A stretch of DNA of 64,000 nt, from contig OY970218.1 of NCBI GenBank assembly GCA_963713975.1, positions 2,304,001 to 2,368,000 of the forward strand, given 5' to 3'. The DNA is from an uncultured Chloroflexia bacterium (GTDB taxonomy: Bacteria > Chloroflexota > Limnocylindria > Limnocylindrales > CSP1-4). The translations under genes were made by a program, and so were the position numbers. The notes beneath the pieces are model-generated. The model was not told the DNA's origin and did no database searches. It saw only the letters and a program-made list of their open reading frames with translations. Positions 10,820-20,363 of the stretch are shown here, piece by piece. Within the stretch, counting starts at the first letter, position 1. Every line of letters begins with the position of its first letter.

Positions 10820-11050
10820 ATGGACATGGCAGACCAGCAGGTCGACGCACGCGGGCTGAACTGCCCGATGCCGATCGTCAAGACCGCCCAGGCCATCAAG
10901 GGCCTCACATCGGGCCAGACCCTCGAGATCCTTGCCACCGACCCGGGGTCGGTCAAGGACTTCGCCGCCTGGTCCAAGTCCACCGGCAACGAGCTGGTGG
11001 AGCAGACCGTGGACGGTGGCGTGTACCGCTTCGTCATGCGCAGGAAGTAG
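10820..11050 (+). CDS. tusA: TusA family sulfurtransferase
   Basis: VDARGLNCPMP motif and ATDPGS..D; 76 aa. Confidence 0.92.
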   Translation: MDMADQQVDARGLNCPMPIVKTAQAIKGLTSGQTLEILATDPGSVKDFAAWSKSTGNELVEQTVDGGVYRFVMRRK

Positions 11051-11058
11051 GGACCGAG

Positions 11059-11607
11059 ATGACTGTCGCCGAATCCACCATCACGCCCGAGACGCTGCCG
11101 GCCCCCGCCGCGGAGCCCGAGGCGGCGACCAAGCCCCAGAGCCTCGCGTTCATCTGCTACAGCGGTGAGCTCGAGAAGATCTGGGCGGGCATGATCCTGG
11201 CCTCCACCGCGGGTGCGATGGCGATGCCGACCAAGGTCTTCGTGACCTTCTGGGGCCTCCAGGCCTTCGTCAAGGACGGCAAGCGCATCACCGGCGAGAA
11301 CTGGATGCAGAAGATGATGTCCGCGATGCAGCGCCCCGGCATCGCCCATCGCAAGCTGTCGAAGATGAACTTCCTGGGCATGGGTCCCTGGATGATGCGC
11401 AAGCTCGCCAAGCAGTACAACGTCGCCAGCCCCAAGGAGCTGCTCGAGATGGCCCAGCTGATGGGCGTCGAGTTCATCCCCTGCCAGATGACCATGGACA
11501 TGTTCGGCCTCAAGCGCGAGGACCTCATGGATGGGATGGGGGAGCCGGTCGGCGCCGCCACCTACCTGGGCTTCGTCGCCGAGGGCGCGTCGCCGATCTT
11601 CATCTGA
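11059..11607 (+). CDS. DsrE/DsrF-like sulfur carrier (DsrE2 family), second copy
   Basis: FVTFWGL, LSKMNFLGMG, IPCQMTMDMFGL and VGAATYL motifs. Confidence 0.88.
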   Translation: MTVAESTITPETLPAPAAEPEAATKPQSLAFICYSGELEKIWAGMILASTAGAMAMPTKVFVTFWGLQAFVKDGKRITGENWMQKMMSAMQRPGIAHRKLSKMNFLGMGPWMMRKLAKQYNVASPKELLEMAQLMGVEFIPCQMTMDMFGLKREDLMDGMGEPVGAATYLGFVAEGASPIFI

Positions 11608-11682
11608 TCTCTCCCTCGCGGGTGGCGGTCCGTCCCCGGTCGTCACCCACGGCGTCCCAACCGTGAAGAAGGATTTCCCACC

Positions 11683-11931
11683 GTGACTGAGACCGCTATC
11701 CCGCCCGTGACCCGCACCATCGACGCCCGCGGCTCCTTCTGCCCGGGCCCGCTGATGGAGCTCATCCGCGGCATGAAGGAGTCCGAGGTCGGCGAGGTGA
11801 TCGCCGTCCTGTCCACGGACAAGGGCAGCAAGACCGACATCCCGAAGTGGGTCGGGAAGGCCGGCCACAACCTGATCGGTGTGTTCACCCGCGACGGCTA
11901 CGACGAGCTGATCGTCGAGAAGGTCCGGTAG
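11683..11931 (+). CDS. tusA: TusA family sulfurtransferase, second copy
   Basis: IDARGSFCPGPLMELI and STDKGS..DIP.W. Confidence 0.88.
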   Translation: MTETAIPPVTRTIDARGSFCPGPLMELIRGMKESEVGEVIAVLSTDKGSKTDIPKWVGKAGHNLIGVFTRDGYDELIVEKVR

Positions 11932-11938
11932 GCGTCCC

Positions 11939-13138
11939 GTGCAGCACGTTGTCGTCCTGGGCGGCGGAGTTGGGGGAACCCTCTCCGCCAACCTGATCGC
12001 TCGCAAGCTCAAGAAGCGCATCGCGGCCGGCGAGGCCAAGGTGACGGTCGTCGACGCGACCGGCAATCACGCCTACCAGCCCGGCTACATGTACATCGCG
12101 ATGGGCCAGGAGCGCGCCGAGAAGCTCGTCCGTCCGGAACGCAAGCTCCTCGACGGCAACGTCGACCTGATCGTGGACACCGTCGAGCGCATCGACACGG
12201 CCGGCCAGGTTGTCGAGCTCGCGTCGGGGCAGCGCCTCGAATACGCCCAGCTCGTGATCGCCACGGGCTCGCGCATCGTCCCGGAGGAGATGGCCGGCTT
12301 CGACACCGAGGCCCACCACTTCTACTCCGCGGAGGCTGCCGCCAAGCTGCGAACGGCACTCGATAGCTTCGAGGGCGGCCGCATCGTCATCGGCATCGCG
12401 GGCATTCCCTACAAGTGCCCGCCGGCGCCGCTCGAGGTGGCATTCCTCGTCGAGTCCGAGCTGCGCGACCGCGGCCTGCGGGCCAAGAGCGAGCTCACCT
12501 TCCTGTCGCCGATCAACCGCGCGTTCACCATCGAGAGCGTCTCCGAGATGGCCACGCCCATCTTCGCCGAGAAGGGCATCAACCTCGAGCTCCTGGCCGG
12601 CGTGTCCGAGATCGACGCCGAGCGCAAGGTGGTCATCACCGACGCCTTCGAGGAGCACCCGTACGACCTGCTGGTCTGCGTGCCCCCGCACAAGGGCGCC
12701 CAGGTCCTCATCGACTCCGGGCTCGCGCCCAAGTCCGGCTGGCTGCCCACCGATCGCCAGACCCTCCAGGTGAAGACGGTCGCGAAGCCGGCCCCGGGCC
12801 AGGCCGACGAGGACGTTCCGCGCTACGCGAACGTCTACGCCCTGGGCGACACGACCGACCTGCCGTTGTCCAAGGCGGGCTCCACGGCGCACTTCGAGGC
12901 GCCGATCATCGCCGAGCGTGTGGCCGCCGCGGTCGAGGGGCGCGAGCCCAGCGGCAAGCACGCGGACTACACCGGGAAGGTGATGTGCTTCTTCGAGGTG
13001 GGCGACGGGAAGGGCACGCTCCTCCAGTTCGACTACGACCACCCGCCCAAGCCTCCCAAGCCCGGCAGGATCTGGCACCTGGGCAAGATCGTGTTCAACA
13101 AGACCTACTGGCACACGGTGCCCAAGGGCCGCGTCTAG
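11939..13138 (+). CDS. sqr: Sulfide:quinone oxidoreductase-like flavoprotein (type III SQR family)
   Basis: GGGVGG FAD motif, YQPG, YKCPPAPLE, YALGD, KAGSTAH and VMCF (second redox Cys). Confidence 0.82.
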   Translation: MQHVVVLGGGVGGTLSANLIARKLKKRIAAGEAKVTVVDATGNHAYQPGYMYIAMGQERAEKLVRPERKLLDGNVDLIVDTVERIDTAGQVVELASGQRLEYAQLVIATGSRIVPEEMAGFDTEAHHFYSAEAAAKLRTALDSFEGGRIVIGIAGIPYKCPPAPLEVAFLVESELRDRGLRAKSELTFLSPINRAFTIESVSEMATPIFAEKGINLELLAGVSEIDAERKVVITDAFEEHPYDLLVCVPPHKGAQVLIDSGLAPKSGWLPTDRQTLQVKTVAKPAPGQADEDVPRYANVYALGDTTDLPLSKAGSTAHFEAPIIAERVAAAVEGREPSGKHADYTGKVMCFFEVGDGKGTLLQFDYDHPPKPPKPGRIWHLGKIVFNKTYWHTVPKGRV

Positions 13139-13231
13139 CAGTCCTCCCCACCTGCCGCGTTTCGCGCCTGTCGCCCGCCACCAGGGGCGGGACACCAATC
13201 CGATCGCCGCCGTCCCGCCTACAATCCCGGG

Positions 13232-13264
13232 GTGAGTTGCCACCACCCCGGGATCTTCGCGTGA
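13232..13264 (+). CDS. Putative leaderless uORF MSCHHPGIFA coupled to the aminotransferase
   Basis: TACAAT (13220-13225), 6 nt, then GTG; its stop TGA overlaps the GTG at 13261. Lies within an 11-bp hairpin (13224-13254). Confidence 0.4.
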   Translation: MSCHHPGIFA

Positions 13265-14607
13265 GCGGCCGCGTCTTCCTCCGCTCCGCCTGGCCGGACC
13301 CGGCCGTCGCCGTGTCGGCGCACGACTCCACGATCGTCGATGCCGGCGGGCGGGAATACCTCGATGCCGCCGGCGGTGCGGTGGTCGTCAACGTGGGACA
13401 CGGACGACACGAGGTTGCCGCGGCCGCGGCCGAGCAGGCTGGCCGCCTCGCCTACGCCCATGGGTCCGCATTCACGACCGAGGCGCTCGAGCAGTACGCG
13501 GCGGCGGTGGGTCCGCACCTGCCCATTGACGACCCCTTCCTGTACCCGGTCTCGGGCGGCTCCGAGGCCATTGAGACGGCACTCAAGATGGCACGGGCCG
13601 TGCACCTGGCCCAGGGCGATGTCGACCGCCAGATCGTGTTCGCCCGGTGGGGGAGCTACCACGGCAACACGCTCGGAGCGCTGGACCTGTCCGGCCGTCG
13701 GCCGCTGCGCCGTCCGTACGAGGGCTGGCTCGGCCGCTTCCGGCACGTGAGCGCCGCCTACCCGTACCGAGCGGACGAGCCGGGCTCGCAGGCGCTCGGC
13801 ACCGCCGCCGAGCTGGCCGATGAGCTGGAGCGGGCGATCAGCGCGGCCGGGCCGGGGACGGTTGCCGCATTCGTGGGTGAGCCGATCGTCGGTGCGACGC
13901 TGGGTGCCGTGGAGCCGCCGGACGGCTACTGGCCGGCGATCGCCGAAGTCTGCCGGCGCCACGGGGTGCTGCTGATCGCGGACGAGGTGATGACGGGCTT
14001 CGGGCGGACCGGTGCCTGGTTTGCGATGGACCACTACGGCGTCCGACCGGATCTCCTGGTGGCAGCCAAGGGCGCGACGTCGGGCTACTGGCCGTTCGGG
14101 TTCGTGGCGACGTCCGGCGACGTCCGGGCCGCGATCTCCCGCGGCGGCGCGTTCGTGCACGGGTTCACGTACTCGCACCAGCCGGTCGCGGCCGCCGTCG
14201 CGCACGAGGTGCTGCGGATCATCGAGGCCGAGTCGCTGGTCGAGGCGTCCGCGGTCAAGGGCGAGCGCCTGCTGGCGCTGTTGCGCGCGCGGCTGGGCGA
14301 CCACCCGGCGGTCGGCGACATCCGCGGGCGCGGGCTGATGGTCGGCGTGGAGCTGGTGCAGGACCGCGAGACCAAGGCGGCGTTCCCGCGTGGCGCCCGA
14401 CTGACCGAGACCGTGGTCCGCATCGCCCACGGGCGCGGGCTGCTGCTCTACTCCGGGACCGGGAACGCGGACGGGACGAACGGCGACGTCATCCTGCTCG
14501 GGCCGCCGTTCGTGGTCACGGACGCGGAGCTGGCACGGATCGTGGACGGCCTCGGCGATGCGCTGGACCTGGCGCTGGAGACCGTCGAGACGCTCGGGCG
14601 TCCCTGA
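13261..14607 (+). CDS. Class III PLP aminotransferase
   Basis: YLDAAGG..VGHG, SGGSEAIE, SYHGNT, LIADEVMTGFGRTG, AAKG and RGRGLM. Confidence 0.92.
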   Translation: MSGRVFLRSAWPDPAVAVSAHDSTIVDAGGREYLDAAGGAVVVNVGHGRHEVAAAAAEQAGRLAYAHGSAFTTEALEQYAAAVGPHLPIDDPFLYPVSGGSEAIETALKMARAVHLAQGDVDRQIVFARWGSYHGNTLGALDLSGRRPLRRPYEGWLGRFRHVSAAYPYRADEPGSQALGTAAELADELERAISAAGPGTVAAFVGEPIVGATLGAVEPPDGYWPAIAEVCRRHGVLLIADEVMTGFGRTGAWFAMDHYGVRPDLLVAAKGATSGYWPFGFVATSGDVRAAISRGGAFVHGFTYSHQPVAAAVAHEVLRIIEAESLVEASAVKGERLLALLRARLGDHPAVGDIRGRGLMVGVELVQDRETKAAFPRGARLTETVVRIAHGRGLLLYSGTGNADGTNGDVILLGPPFVVTDAELARIVDGLGDALDLALETVETLGRP

Positions 14608-14648
14608 CGAACCTCAGCGGCGGACTGGCGGCGTCCGTCGGTCTGGCG

Positions 14649-14928
14649 GCGGGTGGGTCGCCCGCGAGTCCGCGCCCGCGACGTGCGGAGCCCCGAAACC
14701 CGAACGATCCAAGGCCGGTCCCGGCCGCCGGGCGGCCAATGGAACGTTCGTAGCTTCTGCCTTGCTCGCTATGGCGAGCACCGGGAGCGCCTGATCGCCG
14801 AATCCTGGCCCGCTGCTCGTCTGGGCGAGCGAGACAGCGGTTGTGGGCCCTTGTTCGCTCGCGTCGCGGCCGGGGGAAGCACGCGGATGGCTCGCGCCGC
14901 GGCCGGGGACAGCCCGCCGCCCACTCGC
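14649..14928 (+). ncRNA. Candidate structured RNA or miniature repeat element (unassigned)
   Basis: Three nested long-range stems enclose four hairpins in a non-coding gap between convergent genes. Wobble pairs favour the + strand. Confidence 0.4.
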
Positions 14929-14941
14929 GCCCGCCGGGCGC

Positions 14942-15502
14942 CTACCGGCGCGCCGAAGACGCGCGGATCACCACGAAGCCGCCCAGGCCGAGCAGAATCA
15001 GCGGCCAGAACAGCTCGCTGAAGCCCGGGATCGCGAACGACGACACCCCGATCAGCGCGAGGATGGCGCCCAGCCCCGCTTGCCAGCCAACGCCGCCGCC
15101 GCTGACCGCTCGGACGAGCGCGATGAACAGGAACGCGAGGCCCAGGCACAGCGTCCCGAGGCCCGACTGGTCCTGCACACCGGCCGCGACGAGCAGGTCA
15201 GGCGCGGCGAGCGCGGTGATGATCGCGCCAAGGTAGAGGGATCCGACCCCCCGGTTCACCAGCCACGAGACGAGGAACGCCACACCCACTGCGAGGAACA
15301 CCAGGGAGCCCGCCGTCTCGAGCGCCGGGAATGCGGTCCGCAGCAGGAGCAGGACGCCGAATACGAGGAGGAAGATCCCGAACCAGGGCAGGCGGCTCCG
15401 GCCCCGTGGTGCGCCGCTTCCGGTCCACTCCCAAGAGTAGGCACGGACCACGTCGCCCTCGATCACGTCGCCCGTGACGGGCGTCTCCCGTCGCTCGGTC
15501 AT
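14942..15502 (-). CDS. Membrane protein (LiaF/DUF5668-like TM repeats)
   Basis: About 5-6 hydrophobic segments, WFGIFLLVFGVLLLL and LFWPLILLGLG; GGAGGA SD. Confidence 0.75.
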   Translation of the reverse strand: MTERRETPVTGDVIEGDVVRAYSWEWTGSGAPRGRSRLPWFGIFLLVFGVLLLLRTAFPALETAGSLVFLAVGVAFLVSWLVNRGVGSLYLGAIITALAAPDLLVAAGVQDQSGLGTLCLGLAFLFIALVRAVSGGGVGWQAGLGAILALIGVSSFAIPGFSELFWPLILLGLGGFVVIRASSARR

Positions 15503-15594
15503 GTCGTCCTCCAGTCGCTGAGAGGCCGAGCGTAGCGCGCCTTGCGTCGCGAGGCTCCACGGACCGGTCGCGACGGGTCTACGATGCCCGCGAG

Positions 15595-16533
15595 ATGCCG
15601 CACGTCATGACCGTCCAGGGCCCGGTCGACCCTTTGACCCTGGGTTTCATCCTTCCTCATGAGCACACCCAGTGCACGCTCTGGCACATTCAGGACCGCT
15701 GGGACTACTGGGAGCTCACGCCGGACGAGCCGGTGATCCTCGAGGAGCTCCGCCTGTTCAAGGAGGCCGGCGGGACCGCACTGGCGGACCTCACGCTGCC
15801 CGGGATCGGGCGGAACCCCGCCTGGCTCCTGCGGATCAGCGAGCTGAGCAGGCTGCCCATCGTCATGGGCGGCGGTTGGTATCGCACCGCCTATTACCCG
15901 CCCGAGGTGCTCATCGAGCGCCGTTCGGTGGACTCCCTCGCCGAGGAGCTGGTCCACGATGCGACCGTCGGGGTGGGGGAGAGCGGGATCCGGATCGGGA
16001 TCCTGGGCGAGATCGGCACCGACAAGCCGTGGGTCACGCCAGCCGAGGAGCGCGTGTTCCGCGCCGTCGCCCGGTGCTCGCGCCGCACCGGCCTCGCGGT
16101 CTCGACCCACGCGGTGCTCTCCGACGTGGGCGCCGCACAGCTGACGATCCTCGAGGAGGAGGGCGTCGACCCGGGAAGGGTCGTCATCGGCCACGCGGAC
16201 AGCTACCCGGTCCTGGACCACTACCTGTCGCTGATCGAACGCGGTGCTTCCATCGAGTACGACTTCCTGGGCATGTCGTTCACGGTCATGGAGCGGCTGG
16301 GCGAGGAGCGGATCATCGACCTGCTGCTGGAGCTGCTCCATCGGGGCCACGCCGATCGGGTCCTGCTCAGCCACGATGTCTGCCACAACAGCCAGCTGCG
16401 CCACTACGACGGCAACGGCTACACGTACCTGACGTCGACGTTCCTGCCGCGGCTGCGCGAGCGAGGCGTGTCCGAGGCGGAGATCAAGCAGCTCACGGTC
16501 ACGAACCCGCGGCGGATCCTCACGATCGGCTAG
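15595..16533 (+). CDS. Phosphotriesterase-related amidohydrolase (Php/YhfV family)
   Basis: VMTVQGP, PHEH, GEIG, STH, IGHAD, LSHD and NPRRIL. Confidence 0.9.
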   Translation: MPHVMTVQGPVDPLTLGFILPHEHTQCTLWHIQDRWDYWELTPDEPVILEELRLFKEAGGTALADLTLPGIGRNPAWLLRISELSRLPIVMGGGWYRTAYYPPEVLIERRSVDSLAEELVHDATVGVGESGIRIGILGEIGTDKPWVTPAEERVFRAVARCSRRTGLAVSTHAVLSDVGAAQLTILEEEGVDPGRVVIGHADSYPVLDHYLSLIERGASIEYDFLGMSFTVMERLGEERIIDLLLELLHRGHADRVLLSHDVCHNSQLRHYDGNGYTYLTSTFLPRLRERGVSEAEIKQLTVTNPRRILTIG

Positions 16534-16607
16534 GGCCTGGCCCGGGAATTCGAGACGCCGGCCACCCGTGAGGGCGACCGGCGCCGGACCTGCGCTGTTC
16601 GGAGGGG

Positions 16608-17048
16608 TCAGGCGAGCGCGGCGTCCACCGACAGCTCGACGTTGCCCTTGAGCGCCTGTGACACTGGGCAGCCGTCCTTGGCCGCGTTGGCGAGCTCGAC
16701 GAACTTCGCCTCGTCGATGCCGGGAACCGCGCCGCGGACGGTGAGGTCACTGCGGGCGATCATCCAGCCGGCGTCGCCCTTGTCGAAGGTCACGACCGCC
16801 TTGACGTCCAGCTTCGTGGCCGGAGTGCCGTTCTTGGCAAGCTGGGAGGAGAAGGCCATCGAGAAGCACGCGGCATGGGCCGAGGCGATGAGCTCCTCGG
16901 GGCTGGTCCGCCCGTTGTGCACCTCGGTGCGCGACGCCCAGGTCACGGGGAGCCGGCTGAACGTGCCGGACGAGACGTAGTCGATGGTGCCGCTCCCACT
17001 GAGCAGGTCGCCGTTCCAGGTCGCCTCTGCGAACCGGGTGATCGCCAT
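16608..17048 (-). CDS. osmC: OsmC family peroxiredoxin
   Basis: A.W.GDL..GSG, SPEELIASAHAACFSMA and AKDGCPVSQAL. Confidence 0.92.
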   Translation of the reverse strand: MAITRFAEATWNGDLLSGSGTIDYVSSGTFSRLPVTWASRTEVHNGRTSPEELIASAHAACFSMAFSSQLAKNGTPATKLDVKAVVTFDKGDAGWMIARSDLTVRGAVPGIDEAKFVELANAAKDGCPVSQALKGNVELSVDAALA

Positions 17049-17116
17049 CGGAGCCTCCTTGGCATGGGGTGGGGGGATGGATGTGGAGCCCGGGCGTAGC
17101 CCACGCCCTCTAGGGT

Positions 17117-17145
17117 GCCACGGGCGGCGCCGAGCCGCCCGTGGC
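17117..17145 (-). terminator. Hairpin downstream of the RND gene
   Basis: GCCACGGGCGGC-N5-GCCGCCCGTGGC, a perfect 12-bp stem; no U-tract. Confidence 0.55.
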
Positions 17146-17162
17146 TGGTGGGTGCAAAGACC

Positions 17163-20100
17163 TCAGGCGGGCGTCGGTTGTGCCTCGACCGCGTCCGGGG
17201 TCGCGTCAGCCCGCTTCCCGCGCCGCCAGTGGCGCGCCCCATCCACGAGTGAGTACACGACCGGGATAACGAGCAGGGTGAGGAACGTCGAGGTGAACAG
17301 GCCGCCGATGACGACCGTGCCGAGCTCGGCCGCGATGATGCTGCCCTGGTTGAAGCCCGCGGCGAGCGGGATCAGGGCCAGGATCGTGGCGATCGCGGTC
17401 ATCAGGATCGGTCGCAGGCGCGTCCGGCCACCCTCGATGAGGGCCTCCGTGGTCGCCATCCCCTGCGCCCGCAACCGTTCCACCAGGTCCAGCAGCACGA
17501 TCGCGTTGGTCACCACGATGCCGATCAGCATCAGCATGCCGATCAGGGCACTGACGCCGAGCGGCTTGCCCGTGAAGTACAGGGCCGGGAGGGCTCCGAT
17601 GGTCGCCAGCGGGAGCGTGAACAGGATGATGAACGGCGTCACGAGAGAGTTGAACGTCAGGACCATCGCCACGTAGACGACGAGGATGGCCACGCCCATC
17701 GAGAAGAACAGGCCACCGAACGCCTCGTCCATCTGCGCCGAGACGCCGGCGAGCCGGACGTCCACGCCCTGCGGGATCCGGCCCGCGGCCACGAGATCGT
17801 CGATCTCGGCCTGGACGTCCATGCTGACCTTGCCCGTGTTGGTGGACGCGATCTCGGCTGAGATCGAGGCCGCGGGCGCCTGGTCGATGCGGGTGATGGA
17901 GCCCTGGGCGTCGACCTGCTCGACCGTCGCCACATCGCCCAGCGGCAGTTTGGCGACGGCCCCGACAGACAGGGCGGAGAGATCCTCGACCGAGCCGACG
18001 GCGGCCGGGTCCACCTGGACGAAGACGTCCGTGGCCGCCCCGTTCTCGTCGAGCACGATGCGCGTGGCGACCGTGCCGACGAGCGCGCTCCGGACCTCCT
18101 GGGCGACCTGGGCGGCGGTGAGGCCCACCATGATCGCCTTGTTCGGGTCCGGGGTCACCTGGATCTCGGGCGTGCCCTTGGACAGGTCGGACTTGAGGTT
18201 GAGCAGCTCGGTGTTGCCCGACAGCGCGGCCAGGACCGCGTCGTTGGCCGTGGCCACGTCGGTGGCGTTCTCGCCCGAGACCACGACGTTGAGGTTGTTC
18301 GACGTGAAGCCGGCAGACTGCGAGACCGCGACGTCGTAGCCGTCGGTCTTGACCGAGGCGAGGGAGTCCGAGAGGACCTTCGCGTATTCCGTCAGGTCGA
18401 CGGTATCGACCAGGCGGACGACCAGCCGGGCGCTGTTGGCAGGCAGGCCGCTCATGGACGCGACGACGGTCTGGAAGCCGGCCTCGCCCTCGCCCGGGAT
18501 GGACGACTGGGTGAGCTCGACGTTCTCATCGGCCGCGAGGATCTGCTCGGCCTGCTGGGTCTTCTCCAGCACCGCCTGCGAGCTGGAGCCGGCGGGCGGC
18601 GCGATGGTGACCTGGAGGATGTTCTCGCCGCCCGCGTTGATGAACGCGGTCGGCAGCAGCGGTGCCAGGGCCGCGGTGGCCATGAACAGGACGACGGCGA
18701 CGCCCACCACGCCCAGCTTCGTCCCGCGGCTGCGGAGGGCGAGCTTGATGGTCGGCGTGTAGGCCTTGATCCAGATGGAGTTCTTGGGCTCGCCGTCCTC
18801 GTCGACGTTGCTCTTGACTTCGCGGATGAGCAGGTACGCGAGCACCGGCACCACGGTGAGGGCGCAGATGAGCGAGGCGAGGAGCGCGAAGGTCACCGTG
18901 AGCGCGAAGGGCAGGAAGAACTGGGACACGAGGCCGCCGACGAAGCCGAGCGGCAGGAAGACGCCGACCGTGGTGATCGTCGCGGCCGTGATGGCGCCCG
19001 CGACCTCCTTCGGTCCCTGGATCGAGGCGGTCAGGCGGTCCTCGCCGAGGGCACGATGCCGGTAGATGTTCTCGAGGACGACGATCGAGTCATCCACCAC
19101 CCTCCCGATGGCAACCGCCAGGCCGCCCAGGGTCATGATGTTGATGGTGACCCCGGTTGCCTGCATGACCACGAGGGCCGCGAGCAGCGAGAGGGGGATG
19201 CTGACCGCCGCCACGAGGGTGGCGCGGATACTGAACAGGAACAGGAAGATGGTCAGAATGGCGAACATGGCGCCCAGACCGCCCTCCCGGAGCAGGCCGT
19301 CACGGGACTCCTTGATGAAGTCCGAGAGGTCCGAGACCACGGTGACCGTGACCGCATCGGCGTGCTGGGCACCCAGCTCGTTGAGCTTGGCCGTCACCTC
19401 GTCCGCCACCTGGACCGTGTTCGCGTCCGAGGTCTTGGAGACCGAGAGCGAGAGTGCCGGCTGGCCGTTGGTGCGCGAGTAGCCGGTCGTCGCCACTCCC
19501 TTGAGCTCGACCGTCCCGAGGTCGCCGATGGTGATGGGCGTGGGCGGGACGGGCACGGCGGATGCTGCCGGGTCGTCCGACGCTGCGGGGTTGGCCGGCA
19601 TGCCGCCGGCGCCCGCCGGGGCCGCCACCCCGACGACGAGGTTGGCCACCTCGTCCACAGAGGAGATGCGGCCGATGGTCGAGACCGGGATCTTCGAGGT
19701 CTCGTTGGTGACCTGACCGGATGGGAAGGTCAGGTTGTTGGCCGCCAGGACCCCCGTGATCTGGGCCAGGGAGACGCCGTTCGCAGCCAGCTTGTCGGGG
19801 TCGAGCGTGATCAGGACGCGCTGCTCCTCGCCACCGGTGACGTCGACGCTGCCGACGCCCTCGATGCCCAGGAGGGCGGGCTTGATCTCGTCCTGGGCGA
19901 TGGCCGCCGCCTCGGCGAGACCGTCCTCGGAGTTGGCGGCGATCGACGCGATGATGACCGGCGAGGAGTTGATGTTGAGCGCAGTGACTTGCGGCGTGAC
20001 GCTGGCCGGGAGGCCCGCGTTCTGCAGGTTCTGCTCGATGGCCGCCCTGATCTCCTTGACGTCGGACCCGAATGCGAACTGCGCGACGACCAGACCCAGC

Positions 20101-20363
20101 GAGTTCGCCGAGGTGGACTGGAGGCCTTCGAGGCGCGGTACGCCGGAGACGGCCCGCTCGATCGGCTTGGTCACCTGCTCCGCCACGTCGGCGGCACCGG
20201 CGCCGGGCAGCGGCGCGACGACGGTGATGACCGGGAACTCGATGTCGGGCAGGAGCTCTTGCTTGAGATTGCCCCAGGCGAGCAGCCCGGCGATGAACAG
20301 GGCTCCGGCAAGCAGGAGCGTGACGCTCCGCTTGGAGACGGCGAACTCCGAGAGGCGGCTCAT
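17163..20363 (-). CDS. RND efflux permease (AcrB/SwrC family)
   Basis: 1066 aa; ELLPDIEFP, VVDDSIVVLENI, GIVVTNAIVLLD and RLRPILMT motifs. Confidence 0.95.
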   Translation of the reverse strand: MSRLSEFAVSKRSVTLLLAGALFIAGLLAWGNLKQELLPDIEFPVITVVAPLPGAGAADVAEQVTKPIERAVSGVPRLEGLQSTSANSLGLVVAQFAFGSDVKEIRAAIEQNLQNAGLPASVTPQVTALNINSSPVIIASIAANSEDGLAEAAAIAQDEIKPALLGIEGVGSVDVTGGEEQRVLITLDPDKLAANGVSLAQITGVLAANNLTFPSGQVTNETSKIPVSTIGRISSVDEVANLVVGVAAPAGAGGMPANPAASDDPAASAVPVPPTPITIGDLGTVELKGVATTGYSRTNGQPALSLSVSKTSDANTVQVADEVTAKLNELGAQHADAVTVTVVSDLSDFIKESRDGLLREGGLGAMFAILTIFLFLFSIRATLVAAVSIPLSLLAALVVMQATGVTINIMTLGGLAVAIGRVVDDSIVVLENIYRHRALGEDRLTASIQGPKEVAGAITAATITTVGVFLPLGFVGGLVSQFFLPFALTVTFALLASLICALTVVPVLAYLLIREVKSNVDEDGEPKNSIWIKAYTPTIKLALRSRGTKLGVVGVAVVLFMATAALAPLLPTAFINAGGENILQVTIAPPAGSSSQAVLEKTQQAEQILAADENVELTQSSIPGEGEAGFQTVVASMSGLPANSARLVVRLVDTVDLTEYAKVLSDSLASVKTDGYDVAVSQSAGFTSNNLNVVVSGENATDVATANDAVLAALSGNTELLNLKSDLSKGTPEIQVTPDPNKAIMVGLTAAQVAQEVRSALVGTVATRIVLDENGAATDVFVQVDPAAVGSVEDLSALSVGAVAKLPLGDVATVEQVDAQGSITRIDQAPAASISAEIASTNTGKVSMDVQAEIDDLVAAGRIPQGVDVRLAGVSAQMDEAFGGLFFSMGVAILVVYVAMVLTFNSLVTPFIILFTLPLATIGALPALYFTGKPLGVSALIGMLMLIGIVVTNAIVLLDLVERLRAQGMATTEALIEGGRTRLRPILMTAIATILALIPLAAGFNQGSIIAAELGTVVIGGLFTSTFLTLLVIPVVYSLVDGARHWRRGKRADATPDAVEAQPTPA

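Noticed and set aside
12415-13260. 730-aa version of the aminotransferase (and similar extended starts for the OFOR subunits, cysD, pckA and ArsR)
   Set aside because: The N-terminal extensions overlap other genes or promoters and lack homologous sequence; downstream starts were chosen.
14604-14700. Hammerhead-like CTGACGA ... GAAAC
   Set aside because: CTGA is the aminotransferase stop, and the bases after CTGACGA do not pair with those before GAAA, so stem II cannot form.
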